This document shows, piece after piece, positions 1 through 10,927 of a stretch of 64,000 bases of DNA (the stretch's first letter is position 1; every line of letters starts with the position of its first letter). Below the pieces are notes generated by a model, which was given only the letters and a program-made list of their open reading frames with translations, searched no databases and was not told where the DNA came from. Source of the stretch: Bugula neritina (lineage: Eukaryota; Animalia; Bryozoa); assembly GCA_964035545.1 (NCBI GenBank), contig OZ037767.1, forward strand, positions 6,836,707-6,900,706. The letters are read 5' to 3'. Both the position numbers and the translations under genes were made by a program.

Positions 1-94
1 AACTAACTCGAAGCCGCTAATTGGCTATCAATTGTTCCGGGTCAATTACGCGACCCTATATACTGTGCTGCTGGTAGCTCCACGAGCCACCACA
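1..94 (-). mobile_element. Partial LTR of a Gypsy element related to the 3728-11232 element (runs off the window start)
   Basis: Closely matches the LTR end at ~3950-4032 (cgctaattggctatc..ttgttccgggtcaattacgcgaccct..ccaccaca); followed by ATAT at 95-98; interrupts the LINE RT tail. Confidence 0.85.
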
Positions 95-3000
95 ATATGA
101 GATTTTCGACATGCTTATTCCATTTTAAATCTGCTGATAGCAATATTCCAAGGTATTTTACAACTCCAACTCTATTCAGGGGATCTTCTCCTAATTTATA
201 AGTGAAGACATTTTCCATATTTTCTGTTTTCTTACCAAAGGTGATCACATTACTTTAATTCTTTGAGTTAAACTTCATATTGTTTTCTTTTGCCCACCTA
301 TAAAGTCTAGAAAGATCTTCCTGTAGTTTATGATGATCATTTGGATCAGTAATGGGCAGATAAACAAGAGTGTCATCAGCAAAAAGCCTGACTGTACTAT
401 GTGTAACGCAGTTTACAATGCCATCAATAAACAAAACGAATAATGTTAGACCCAGCACACTTCCTTGTGGAACCCCGGAAGTCACTGGTGCTAAGTCCGA
501 AGATACCCGTCAATGACCACTCGTTGTGAGCGTCCAGTTAAGAATGATGAAACCCATCGGATAATACAGGGATTTATTTTTAACAATATCAATTTATTTA
601 CAAGAATATGATGGTCAATTACATCAAAGGCTTTAGAAAAATCCAGCACAACTGCTTCTACAAAATGTTCTTTATCTATATGCCTTAATATATCGTGGGT
701 GACAGTAGCGAGCTAAGTAACACATGAAAAGTTGCGGCGAAAACCATGTTGGTTTTCATGTATCAAATTTTCCAATTGTGTGTTTAAATGATGCAGAACC
801 ACATGTTCAAGAATTTTACAACAAATGCACGTTAGTGATACTGGACGATAGTTGGAAGCTAGAGTGCGGTTACCCTGTTTAAACACAGGTGTTACATTTG
901 CAGTCTTCCAGTCATCCAGCACTATTCCTGTATTGAGTGAATGATTGAAAATACACACCAGTATTTCTGCTGTTCGATCTAAGTCCACTGTGAGATAGTT
1001 CTTTGTGAATCCATCTACTCCAAGAGCTTTACCTTGTACAAGTTGTCTCAGCAGGTTCACAACTCTTTCTTTAGTTACCACTATATTATCTTTCTCAGTG
1101 ACTGATGGTAATTCTGGTAGAGGTGATGGAGTGGTAAATACACTGTAGAAGAAACCATTAAGAGTGTTAGATATCTTAGTTTTATCATACGTCAAGATAC
1201 CATCGTTGTTTTCTATGGAAGTAATCTCATTATAATTCCTTTTTAGTTCTTTAAAATATTTGTAAAACGGTTTTGTGTAGCCACTGGAAAGAGGTTGGTA
1301 TAGACGATTCACCAGAAAAGATGCTTTTTGTTTTCTAAATAATTTTTTTTATTACGGCGACGTAATTCTTTATATTTAGCCAAGTGATCAGCATTACCAG
1401 ACTTTTGAAAGCGGTTGTAAAACTTTCGCTGTTTCTTACATGCCCGTCTGGCTTCATCATTAAACCAGAGAGGCTCATGTAGATTTCTAGGCTTACTTTG
1501 TTTAGTTGGGACATATGAATCAACAAGTCTATGTAATTCAGTCTTAAATGTATTCCATATAACATTAATATCATATTTCAACATTACTTTGTTTTTAATA
1601 GTATAAAGCAACTCATCTAGACCAGTTGTAAACCCGCCGAGTTCGATTTTGTGGAATAGCTTGATGGGGGGGGGGGGGGATAGATGGTTTCTTCTTCTGT
1701 TCAACTTTACCAGTCAAGACTGTTTCTATCATGAAATGGTCGCTAATACCCGGTGTTATTACGTTTGTGCTTTGAACTTTATATGACAAGTCAGTAGGGG
1801 TAACGGGGGCACAACGGTCATAGGGGTACAAAAAGCCGGCCAAATTGTGAGAGAACTTATTGACTTAGAGTTGTGATTTTTTTATCATAAAAAGATATTG
1901 ACATAATTATTCAGTCTTTGTAGTTTCAACACTTGCGGAACATAAATGTTGAAAAGGCGAGTAAAAAACTGTTTTTATCTACTTTTTGTAAATTTTTTAG
2001 GATATCGTTAAAGCTTTATAATTTTTTACACTCAAAGGCAACAAGCTTATATTTGACCAATATTGTTGCCATTGCTTGTCTCTACATTGCTTAACTAGTA
2101 TAACAGCAAGCACTGAAATAAATTTTCCTTGAGGCACATTTATTTTCAATTTTGCCACACGGGGCACAATGAGCCAGGCTGACCGGGGCACAATGGGCCA
2201 CCTGATTATTGCACCCTGATCACTGTTATTAGTTTGTTTGCCAAAAAAAATGGTTGAAATGTTACTAAAATCTATAGATATAGCCATTTCTGACCTTTTT
2301 GTAAAATATCAAAGACATCATGGTAAGACTACAAAACTACAAGGTGAAGCTCCCCTAATATATACATCTGGTGAGGTTAAAGCTTTGCCATTTTATACAT
2401 GATACAGAACACTCTGCTGTTGCTACTAGTAGATAGTCATGATATTCATTATATATTACACCATTGAGGGAATATACATGTATTTGGCTAAATTAAATTT
2501 TGATTTGCTCATTTGCTCCCCCCTCTCCCTTCCGTACTCCAGTCACAAACCTCAGCCATGCATGCACCTCAGCTACAGTTTACACAAAAAAATTCCACTC
2601 GGAATTTTGTAGTACATATTACTAAAGTTTTTTTTTAATAAACGTTCCTCTGAGGTGAAAATAACAGAACATATTTAGTTCTAAGCAGTAATGATAATGG
2701 CACTGCAGAACCAAGTGACGTGCGTTTGATTTTGCCTTCCTCTGCTATCCGTAGTGGCTAAATGTACAGCTAAAACATGAATTTTGCTGTAGATCTGAAA
2801 GAGTATCTTTATTTATTTGTAATATTAAATAAATAAAGATCATATGTAACAAAATACTCAAAATTTCAATATATTTGTTGTGTCCCACACAGTGGCCCAT
2901 TGTACCCCGGTACCGGGGCACAATGGGCCAATTTTTTCCTCATGAAAATTTCATTATTCTGAAAGTTGTGAGAGAGATAGAAACAACAAACTGGTACCTG

Positions 3001-3600
3001 TAATAGACAACAGATGCAGCATTTAGACTAGAGATTATTGAACTAGTAACTTGAAAAACAGACGAATGAGAGCAACAAATGCAAAATTCGGCCCGTTGTG
3101 CCCCCGTTACCCCTACAGATGAGATCTAATATATTGCCTGCTATGTGCGTAGATTTATGAACAAGTTGTTCCAAATGATTACCATTTAGAAAATTACAAA
3201 AGTCAGTATAGTATGTCCTCCAACAAGTTGAAAGATCAGTATATCTTCCTAATTGATTCCTGGAAAGTTAAAATCACCGGTTATGAGTTTTCTATTTGCT
3301 GAGTATTTAGTGTGAATATTTTTCATGTACTCAAAGAATAAGTTCATATCACGTGAAGAAGGGGGTCTATAATAGCAAGTAAGATTGCAATATTCCTTGC
3401 TATCCAATCTAAAACATACTGTGATTACTTCTGCTTCTGTTTCACACCTGATTAGCTTATGGGGAATTTCTACATTTATGGCAATCAATACACCACCTCC
3501 GTGCGAGTCACGATCTTTTCTATATACTACTTTGTCTTTGGGAGAAAACAATTGAAAATTCAAAAATGCATTATTTAGGCGTGTTTCAGTAATACACTGC
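95..3600 (-). pseudogene. Degraded LINE (CR1/L2/Jockey-like) ORF2: APE endonuclease + reverse transcriptase
   Basis: Fragments in order on the minus strand: GGGVLIA, YRPP, GDFN (3249-3563); SDH (~1740); NYRPVSLT..QHGFR (713-1312); GVPQGSVLG..FADD (255-485); KYLG (~150); several stops and frameshifts. Confidence 0.9.
1797..3113 (+). mobile_element. Non-autonomous Tc1/mariner-pogo-like DNA transposon with TIRs and TA target duplication
   Basis: Perfect TIR GGGGTAACGGGGGCACAACGG (1797-1817 / 3093-3113), TA on both sides; removing it restores the LINE frame (LDLI-CT-DLSYK); internal GGGGCACAATG repeats at ~2161, ~2184, ~2915. Confidence 0.9.
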
Positions 3601-3727
3601 TTGCATTATTTTAATAAAAAATTAACCAAATTAGCTTGGGCACGATTTAATCTGTAATAATCTATGAAACAGGGCATGAAGGGCTCAGGCAAGTTAGGCT
3701 CATTAATTGCTTAAGACTGATGAATAT

Positions 3728-4032
3728 TGTTATATTTTTCAGATTTAGGGTTGATGTGCTATCCAGAGAGTCTATTTATTTACTATAGAACTACACCAGG
3801 ATAAGTCGAGTGAACGAGTATATTTTACACACAATTATACATTATCAAAACGATACATTATCTCCAAACAAGTTACACATCTAATCTATTTCACACTCTA
3901 GCTTCGACTGAGTTAGCAGCGGGAAACTACAATTGCTGCTAACTATCAACTACGCTAATTGGCTATCCATTGTTCCGGGTCAATTACGCGACCCTACATG
4001 TTGTGCTGCTGGTAGTTCCACGAACCACCACA
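3728..4032 (-). repeat. 3' LTR of element 1
   Basis: Direct repeat of 10928-11232; preceded on the minus strand by the G-rich tract GGTGGGGGCGG. Confidence 0.97.
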
Positions 4033-4321
4033 CCGCCCCCACCAGCAGAAAGCCATCTTTCTGATATATACATAAAAAAACATTCATTAGTAACAGCATA
4101 CATCAGTGGACAAAAATAACACATAATATACAGGAAGAGACATAATAATAATACAGAGTCATCGTAACGATCCGTTGCATACAATTGGCCAGCTGTAGAT
4201 AGACGAGGAATACTAGCTAGCTGTGGTGTTAGACAGGGGATAACCTGTTAAGCAGTCAAGCATTTACATGACATCTTGGTTTCTCCCAAGATGTGAAGTT
4301 GCGGGGCATTCTGTGTAGCCA

Positions 4322-5109
4322 CTAGAGTCCTTGTTGGGCACGCCGGTGCTTGGCTTGGCATGTACGCAGTTTCCGTTTCATACGGCATACGGATCCCTTT
4401 AGCTGGAAGAGTCCTGTTGTAGTGTTAAGTAGATCTGGTGCCAGCTGGGTGAACTCTTCTTGTAATCGCCGGAGGCGTTCTTCTACTGTGGCCAGGCGGA
4501 CTGGGTCTGGGGACGGTGTCCGTCTGCGGCGCAGGGGTGGACTGGGGGACCTGGTTCGTCTCTTCGTCGGGGTAGGGGAGATCTCTCCTTCTTCTGGATA
4601 TGTAATTTCCTCGGGGGTGTATGTAATTTGCGGACGGTCAGACACCAACGGGGATTGTTGGCGGGCGTTGTCTAACACACGTTGGAACCCCGAGGACAGA
4701 ACGGCTAACAGCATGGCCTTCTTCACCAGAGGTCGTATAAGTGTGAGGAACTCTGGGTATAGCTTAGCGTCGACCACGTAGTTTTCTCCAGGGAAACAGC
4801 CCGCCGCTCGGTGTCTGGTGACGGGGTAGGGATACACATCATTGTACCCGCAGGGGCAGAATGTTAGTAGGAGATGAGCATTGACGTGTAGTTTAAGGGA
4901 GCGGTGAGAGGCGCAATCTTCACCACAGATCTGGCATCTCGTCCGTCCTCTGGACCCCCAGGCCGTTTCTATTTCTTCCTCTGTTTGTGGAGACACCCAC
5001 CGCCAACGGCGGCGTAGTGGCTCAGGCCGGTCACCACTAGCATACTCCTCCGGATACGGAGCGGGAAGTGTTCTATCCCGTACCCTGGTTGTAGCGGGTC
5101 GAGTGTAAT
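4322..5109 (-). CDS. Element 1 ORF3: tandem zinc-finger / Arg-Ser-Pro-rich / coiled-coil accessory protein (predicted exon 2 of a spliced mRNA; exon 1 = 10896-10854; 276 aa)
   Basis: CQIC-x12-H-x3-H, then CPC-x12-H-x4-C; YVVD..YPEF motif shared with ORFs at ~54630 and ~60025; acceptor TTTTTCAG at 5117-5110; no in-frame ATG upstream of the fingers. Confidence 0.8.
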
Positions 5110-5423
5110 CTGAAAAAGTTTCAACAGTGTTAATACAGTACACTGCTGTGTTGTCAGCTTGAATAGCTTGGCAACTCCTAATTCAGTTACCTCGTAGAGA
5201 TTAATGGTAGTGAATAGTCAGATAGAACACGTATTGCAATGAGATTATAAAAATCTCTAAGTCAAACTGAGTTCTTACTACGGTATTTCACTAACCTATC
5301 TCCAGCTCGATTGACTCAGTGAGTCAGAGCTGAGCGATGCAATCTAGTTTCGTATTAAGATATAGTTAACTCACCCCACGATCTGTTGTCGTAAGACATA
5401 CTGAATGTGTGAAATGGTTTGAA

Positions 5424-6014
5424 CTACTGCTTAGAAACACGTCTACTCCTGACTGCATCAGCGTATGAAAAGATCGAGCAACGTGGTTGGGGTGCGTGAT
5501 TAAGACTTTGTGCACCCGGCGGATGAATTTTATTTCTATTTCCGCCGATACAAAAGTTGATATTTCCGTGGTGTTGACAACTCCCACATTTGCTCGATTC
5601 TTTTCTCGTACGTTTTTCCCCTAGACTTTCCTGTGTGCCGCTTTTAACGCAGTCACATACGAAGTCCTTCAAGTATGCGGGGGGTTGCCTCGTACGCTGT
5701 CCCCTTTCTAGGGGGGGTGACACGCTTGCCGGTTCGTTAGTAGGGGCCTCTAATGGCGTCTCTACTTCACCGTCAGCGGTCACCTCTTCTTGTTCTCCGG
5801 ATGGAGCCCCTCCCTCCGTGGGGGTTTGCACTTCCGGAACCGGCTCGGTTTCTGGAAGTGATGGAATTAGACTTGGCGGTGGCGGACACGCTTCTGTTGA
5901 CAAAAGCTGCCGCTCCTCTCTCACCAAGTTTTCTTCCCGCGGTATGACCACTTCGTATTCAGGTCCATGCCGCCGTCGCCCGCGCGTTGTTGTTTGCCTC
6001 CTGGGCTCTAACAA
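5424..6014 (-). CDS. Frameshifted C-terminal tail of element 1 Pol
   Basis: One extra C in the run at 6016-6021 joins GEAP to PLLEPRRQ (cf. element 2 GQAPLLLEPARQ); contains the typical Gypsy end motif RTRQPPAYLKDF. Confidence 0.75.
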   Translation of the reverse strand: MLEPRRQTTTRGRRRHGPEYEVVIPREENLVREERQLLSTEACPPPPSLIPSLPETEPVPEVQTPTEGGAPSGEQEEVTADGEVETPLEAPTNEPASVSPPLERGQRTRQPPAYLKDFVCDCVKSGTQESLGEKRTRKESSKCGSCQHHGNINFCIGGNRNKIHPPGAQSLNHAPQPRCSIFSYADAVRSRRVSKQ

Positions 6015-9000
6015 CGGGGGGCTTCTCCCACTCCGCCGGGGCTAGCCCAATACGGTTTCAAGCGAGACTCATTCTGGATAGACACCTGTCCTGAGCGCTC
6101 AATCTTGTACGTATGATTGGGCATAGCCTCGACGACCACGTAGGGGCCTACGAACTTAGGCTTCAGCTTATCAGCCTGTCCGCGGCGCCTACGGTAATTG
6201 ACCATCCACACCTTATCTCCTCTTTGATAGAGGGGTGGTTCATCGGAATCTTCGTGCCGCACCTTCCACTGCTGTTGGCGCAGTATCTCGTGTGCGGCCT
6301 TCATCCGTTCCACTAGTTCACTGGCATACTCGTGGACTGAGTTATCTTGCTCTGGAACGTGATAGGTGAGATGGTCGGGGACACGAGTCTCTCTCCCGAG
6401 CATCAAGAGGTTTGGGGTCTCACCAGTACTGGTGTGTGGGGTGCTACGGTATGCACGCATGACTTGCGGCAACACCGTATCCCATTCCTCTTGACCTCGT
6501 CCAAGGAGGAGACTCCGGAGTGCATCACCTAGCATCCGGTTGTTGCGCTCCACCACCCCGTTACCTTGAGGGTGGTAGGGGGTGGTCCTGCTCTGATTTA
6601 CTCCCCAGAGGCGGCAAAGGTCGCTCATCAGTTGAGACTGGAATTGAGCGCCTTGATCAGAGTGTATCTGTTCGGGGAGCCCAAAATAACAGAATACATG
6701 TTGGTCTAGTGCCCTGGCCACTGTTGGGGCTGATGCATCTGGGATAGCCAGAGCATCCGCCCACCTAGTAAAGTGGTCGGTTAGTACTAGGATCCAATTA
6801 TTGCCTCTGGGGGTCAGGGGCATGGGTCCGACCAGGTCTACAGCGACTACTTGCCAGGGCCTACCAGCGTATAGCCTCCGCCGTCCTGCTTCACCAGGGG
6901 GGCGGCTATGCTTACGGGCCTGGCAGATCTCACACTGTTTGACTCTGAGCCGGACATCACGCTCCATTTGTGGCCAATACCACCGGAGTCGTAATTTGGA
7001 CATCACTCGCTTGACCCCTGCGTGGGCCTGCTTGTGAGTATCCCAAATCAACTCACGGCGGATGGCTGTGGGGCAGACTACCCTCTTCCTTTCCGGGTGT
7101 CTGCCGCTGGCAGCTAGAGAGATGGTTAGCAACCCATCCTGCCCGATCCGCAGCGAGTCCCAACGCTGACAGTATAGCCGGAACTCGGCGCATCCCTGTC
7201 GTATGCGTTCCTCGCTGGGTCGTCGCCCTTCCCTTTTGGCCCGGTATATGTCTGCCACGACTCCAGGCAGCTCTTCTTGGAGCTTCTTCAGCTCTCGAAC
7301 ATTACCGGCCAGTACAGGGTTGGCGCGGAGGTTTTGTACATCCTCCGGGGACTCATCAACTCTTTGCCTGAGTTGACCTTGATCCCAGTCAAACGGTGCT
7401 CCGTGATGAGCCAGCGTCTCCAACTCGCATCGTGGGGGACCTCCATCCCTCCTCTCGATGTTGAGACACTGTTTGCAACCTCCGTCAGGTCGGCGACTCA
7501 ACCCATCCGCATTGCTGTGTCTCTTGCCCGGTCGATGTTCGATCCGGTATGAGAATTCAGCTAGGATTTCGAGCCACCGGGCGACCTGACTAGAGGGCTC
7601 TGCTCTCCTGCACAACCAGATCAGCGAGGCATGATCCGTACGCAGCCGGAACTTCCTGCCATATAGGTATGGTCTGAAGTGCTTCACTGACTTGATTACT
7701 GCCAGCAGCTCCTTGCGGGTAGTGCAGTAATTTCGTTCAGCGGGTGAGAGAGACTTGCTGTAGTAGGCTACTACTACCTCTCGGCCTTCCTGCACTTGTG
7801 ACAGCACAGCGCCAACATTTTGGTCACTGGCGTCCGTGTCTAGGATGTACTCCAGAGTGGGGTCTGGGTAGGCCAAGATGGGCGCCGTTAGTAGGCAGCC
7901 CTTGAGGCGGTCGAACGCTTCTTGTTCGACTGGAGTCCACTGCCACGTCACTCCCTTTGCGGTGAGCCGGTTTAACGGCTGGGCTATGCCCGCAAAGTCT
8001 GGTATGTATTGCCTGTAATACCCTACCAGCCCCAAGAAAGCCCGGAGTCCGGTCAAGTCTTGGGGGGTGACCCAGTCTTCTACTGCCCGTACCTTTTCGG
8101 GATCCGTTGCCACGCCGTTTCGACCGACAACGTGCCCCAGATACTTGACCTCCGGCTGCAATAGAGCGCACTTGGAAGGTTTGAGCTTAAGACCGGCACC
8201 TCGGAGTCTCTCGAAAACCTCCTGCAGACGACTGACATGTGTCTCGAAGTCTGGAGAGATTACGATGACATCATCGAGGTAGACCAGCAGTGTCTTCCAA
8301 TGGAGTCCGCTAAGGACTTGTTCCATCAGCCTCTGGAAGGTGGCTGGGGCGGAGGTTAACCCGAAGGGCAGCACCTTCCACTTCCACAAACCGTCCCGTG
8401 TGATAAACGCCGCTTTCTCTTGGGCGTCGGGACTCAGAGGAACCTGCCAATAGCCGCTTAGCAAGTCTAACGTACTGAAGTACTTGCTGCCGGCTAGGGC
8501 GTCCAATGACTCGTCAATACGAGGTAGAGGGTAGGCGTCCTGTATGGTTACGCTATTGAGTTTGCGGTAGTCCACACAGAACCGCCAACTGCCGTCTTTC
8601 TTCCGGACCAGTACGACTGGCGAGCTCCACGCACTATGGGCGGGCTCTATCAGTCCCCGGTCCAGAAGATCCCGTACTTGTCGGCTAACCTCCTTCTCTT
8701 TCTCCGGCCCCAGCCTGCGTGTGGGCTGCCGGACAGGGACTGTCCCTGCAGTCAGCGGTATTTCGTGTCTGACAATTCCAGTCAGTCCCACGTCATGCTC
8801 TCCGCTGCTGAACACATCACCGTAGTCGCGTAGTAACTTGGCCATAGCTTGGCGTTCTCTGTTACTCGCGCAGCCGCCACTGGCTGTTTCGTATAACTCC
8901 CGGAGATGTGTTGGGACTGCCCCTCGTCCCTGAATAGGGCACTGAGGGGGTGCCTCCGTCGCATCACCCAGCGACGGGCCTACGTCTCCCTCCTGAACAG

Positions 9001-9994
9001 AGTGAAAACGGCCCAGCATCGACCCAGCCGGGAGCTTGATAGGCTCGGTAAAGGGGTTGACGCACTGCACTAAGATCTCCCCTTGCTCAGTCAGCTGATT
9101 CAGACTGCTGGCAAGTTGGATCTTTTCGTGCGCGCCTTCAACCACCCCGAGTCCAGAGATCCGGCTACTATTCACCCTGCAGTGAATGGTAGCCCGGGAG
9201 CGGCCTGGTATGATACGGTTGCGTACCACTTGCACACCTCCCACTAAAGGGCGGCCGAACTTGTCGACGCAGGCGAGTTCCCGCCCGGACATCATCATTG
9301 CAGATCTGCTAAAATCTATGTGACATCCGTGCCGTTTAAGGAACGGCATCCCGAGGATAGCATCCTCCTTGAGCTGACTGACGATGAACGTCTCTTGGAT
9401 CGTTTGATCACGGACTCGTCCCGTCAGCTCAATTATACCATAGAAGGGAAGGCACGACCCGTCAGCGAGGGTGCCGTATTCCCCTTCGTATGCTTCCATC
9501 TCGCCCCTGACCCTAGTACTGAGGGTGTCGAAGAGTTGGCGGCTTAAGAGGTTTGTGGTACAGCCCGAATCAATGAGGAAAGTAACAGCTTTGCCTTCCA
9601 GTTTACCGGGCAAGAAATAGCTGTTCCCATGGGGCTGCACCTGAACTCTCCCTTCAGGCCTTACTCTCGCAGGGAGTACCTCCCTCGCTTTGGGTCGCGA
9701 AGGAGGTCTCTTAGGGCGGTGGTAGGTAGGCCTCGGGGGTGCCAAGGCTAGATTCTCAGCTACCTTTGTGTGCTCCCATCCGGATTCTTGGACTTGTAGC
9801 CCTGTGAATCTGTTGTGAAGGGGCATAGAAAAGGCAGCTGCGGGGCGAAGCCCCTTGCTGGTCCGTCGTGGCTGTTGCCACTGTTGGTTGCCAGTACGCG
9901 GTACCCGTCTGGGTGACCTGCGCTTCTTCTTCCCTGGAGGTTTCATCGTCGGCCCGCGGAAGGTGGGAACATCTGCGGGCCGCGGTAGTTTAAC
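6008..9994 (-). CDS. pol: Gypsy Pol (protease, RT, RNase H, integrase), probably made as Gag-Pol by -1 frameshift
   Basis: LIDSGC protease; YLDD RT; DTDAS RNase H; HHCC zinc finger; DDE core (VAVDL, HSDQG, VERNN); GPY/F motif KFVGPY; no chromodomain seen. Confidence 0.97.
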   Translation of the reverse strand, partial: VKLPRPADVPTFRGPTMKPPGKKKRRSPRRVPRTGNQQWQQPRRTSKGLRPAAAFSMPLHNRFTGLQVQESGWEHTKVAENLALAPPRPTYHRPKRPPSRPKAREVLPARVRPEGRVQVQPHGNSYFLPGKLEGKAVTFLIDSGCTTNLLSRQLFDTLSTRVRGEMEAYEGEYGTLADGSCLPFYGIIELTGRVRDQTIQETFIVSQLKEDAILGMPFLKRHGCHIDFSRSAMMMSGRELACVDKFGRPLVGGVQVVRNRIIPGRSRATIHCRVNSSRISGLGVVEGAHEKIQLASSLNQLTEQGEILVQCVNPFTEPIKLPAGSMLGRFHSVQEGDVGPSLGDATEAPPQCPIQGRGAVPTHLRELYETASGGCASNRERQAMAKLLRDYGDVFSSGEHDVGLTGIVRHEIPLTAGTVPVRQPTRRLGPEKEKEVSRQVRDLLDRGLIEPAHSAWSSPVVLVRKKDGSWRFCVDYRKLNSVTIQDAYPLPRIDESLDALAGSKYFSTLDLLSGYWQVPLSPDAQEKAAFITRDGLWKWKVLPFGLTSAPATFQRLMEQVLSGLHWKTLLVYLDDVIVISPDFETHVSRLQEVFERLRGAGLKLKPSKCALLQPEVKYLGHVVGRNGVATDPEKVRAVEDWVTPQDLTGLRAFLGLVGYYRQYIPDFAGIAQPLNRLTAKGVTWQWTPVEQEAFDRLKGCLLTAPILAYPDPTLEYILDTDASDQNVGAVLSQVQEGREVVVAYYSKSLSPAERNYCTTRKELLAVIKSVKHFRPYLYGRKFRLRTDHASLIWLCRRAEPSSQVARWLEILAEFSYRIEHRPGKRHSNADGLSRRPDGGCKQCLNIERRDGGPPRCELETLAHHGAPFDWDQGQLRQRVDESPEDVQNLRANPVLAGNVRELKKLQEELPGVVADIYRAKREGRRPSEERIRQGCAEFRLYCQRWDSLRIGQDGLLTISLAASGRHPERKRVVCPTAIRRELIWDTHKQAHAGVKRVMSKLRLRWYWPQMERDVRLRVKQCEICQARKHSRPPGEAGRRRLYAGRPWQVVAVDLVGPMPLTPRGNNWILVLTDHFTRWADALAIPDASAPTVARALDQHVFCYFGLPEQIHSDQGAQFQSQLMSDLCRLWGVNQSRTTPYHPQGNGVVERNNRMLGDALRSLLLGRGQEEWDTVLPQVMRAYRSTPHTSTGETPNLLMLGRETRVPDHLTYHVPEQDNSVHEYASELVERMKAAHEILRQQQWKVRHEDSDEPPLYQRGDKVWMVNYRRRRGQADKLKPKFVGPYVVVEAMPNHTYKIERSGQVSIQNESRLKPYWASPGGVGEAPRC

Positions 9995-10896
9995 CCCTGA
10001 TTTAGGAAGGGACAATATCGGCGGAAATGTCCTTGATTTCCGCACTCCCAGCAAAAACTGACCGTTTCTCCCTGTGGCGGCGCCGATGGCCGCATGGGCT
10101 CAGGGGCGGTACTCACTGGGTTTTGTGGGGTCAGTGTTGCTATCAGCTTGGCTAGCATGTCCGTCAGTTGAGTGACTTTTGATGCCGTCGCCAACTGGGA
10201 CACGGCAGCCGCGGCGGGGGTTTCCTCCCCTTGTCCCGCGGCCGTGTCTGCGCGGTCTATCTCCACTTGGCGGGAGCTTCCGCGACTTTTATGCATTTGA
10301 TTAGCTAGGAGGTAAGCTTCCCCCTCAGTCAGAGCATCTTCAACGGTGGTGACTCCCCTAGCTAGAAACTGGTGGTGGAGACCCAGATCGTCGACAGATG
10401 CTATGAAAGCGTCGAGGGTATACCTCTCGCGGTTGACTGGGGGCAAGTCGCTGTACGCGATCTGTGCCAGCTTCATGACCGCGGCGGCATGCTCCCGCAG
10501 CGGGGTGCGGGGATCACGCCGCAACCTCTGCAATCGGGCCCTGGCATCTGTAGCAGAGAGGCCAAAGCGGGCCCGCAGAGAAGCAAAGATATTATCAATG
10601 TCTACGCCCAGCCCATAGGGCTTGGCTTTGTCCATCAATGCCATTCTAAGCTTCAGCAAGGCCACCCTAGGGGGCCACTGAGCGACGTCCATTACGTCGC
10701 TAAACTCTTGGATAAATTGTTCCACCTCCTCTTCACCCGTGAAGGTGGGCGCCTTTAACCTGTAGCGGTCCTCAGCTAGTTCTCGCGGAACCCTTCGCTC
10801 TTCTACTACATGGTTAACAGGCATCGTCTCTACAGCATTGTCTCTACGCTCACCTTCGATTGCCGGTGGTTGAGTTCCAGCATTTTCAGTCTCCAT
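9943..10896 (-). CDS. gag: Gypsy Gag (317 aa)
   Basis: ATG just downstream of the PBS; C-terminal CCHC knuckle CWECGNQGHFRRYC; overlaps pol in the -1 frame. Confidence 0.93.
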   Translation of the reverse strand: METENAGTQPPAIEGERRDNAVETMPVNHVVEERRVPRELAEDRYRLKAPTFTGEEEVEQFIQEFSDVMDVAQWPPRVALLKLRMALMDKAKPYGLGVDIDNIFASLRARFGLSATDARARLQRLRRDPRTPLREHAAAVMKLAQIAYSDLPPVNRERYTLDAFIASVDDLGLHHQFLARGVTTVEDALTEGEAYLLANQMHKSRGSSRQVEIDRADTAAGQGEETPAAAAVSQLATASKVTQLTDMLAKLIATLTPQNPVSTAPEPMRPSAPPQGETVSFCWECGNQGHFRRYCPFLNQGLNYRGPQMFPPSAGRR

Positions 10897-10908
10897 CTTG
10901 GATGCACT

Positions 10909-10926
10909 ATCCCACCGCTGCCACCA
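10909..10926 (-). promoter_or_regulatory. Primer binding site, tRNA-Leu
   Basis: TGGTGGCAGCGGTGGGAT, 1 nt from the 5' LTR, complementary to the ..ATCCCACCGCTGCCA-CCA 3' end of tRNA-Leu(AAG-type); same PBS at 51344 and 59584. Confidence 0.85.
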
Positions 10927-10927
10927 C

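Noticed and set aside
4322-5143. ORF3 as a retroviral-type env gene
   Set aside because: No signal peptide, transmembrane helix or fusion-protein pattern visible; it has zinc fingers and basic patches instead
10909-10926. tRNA gene
   Set aside because: Only the 18-nt complement of a tRNA 3' end (PBS); no cloverleaf
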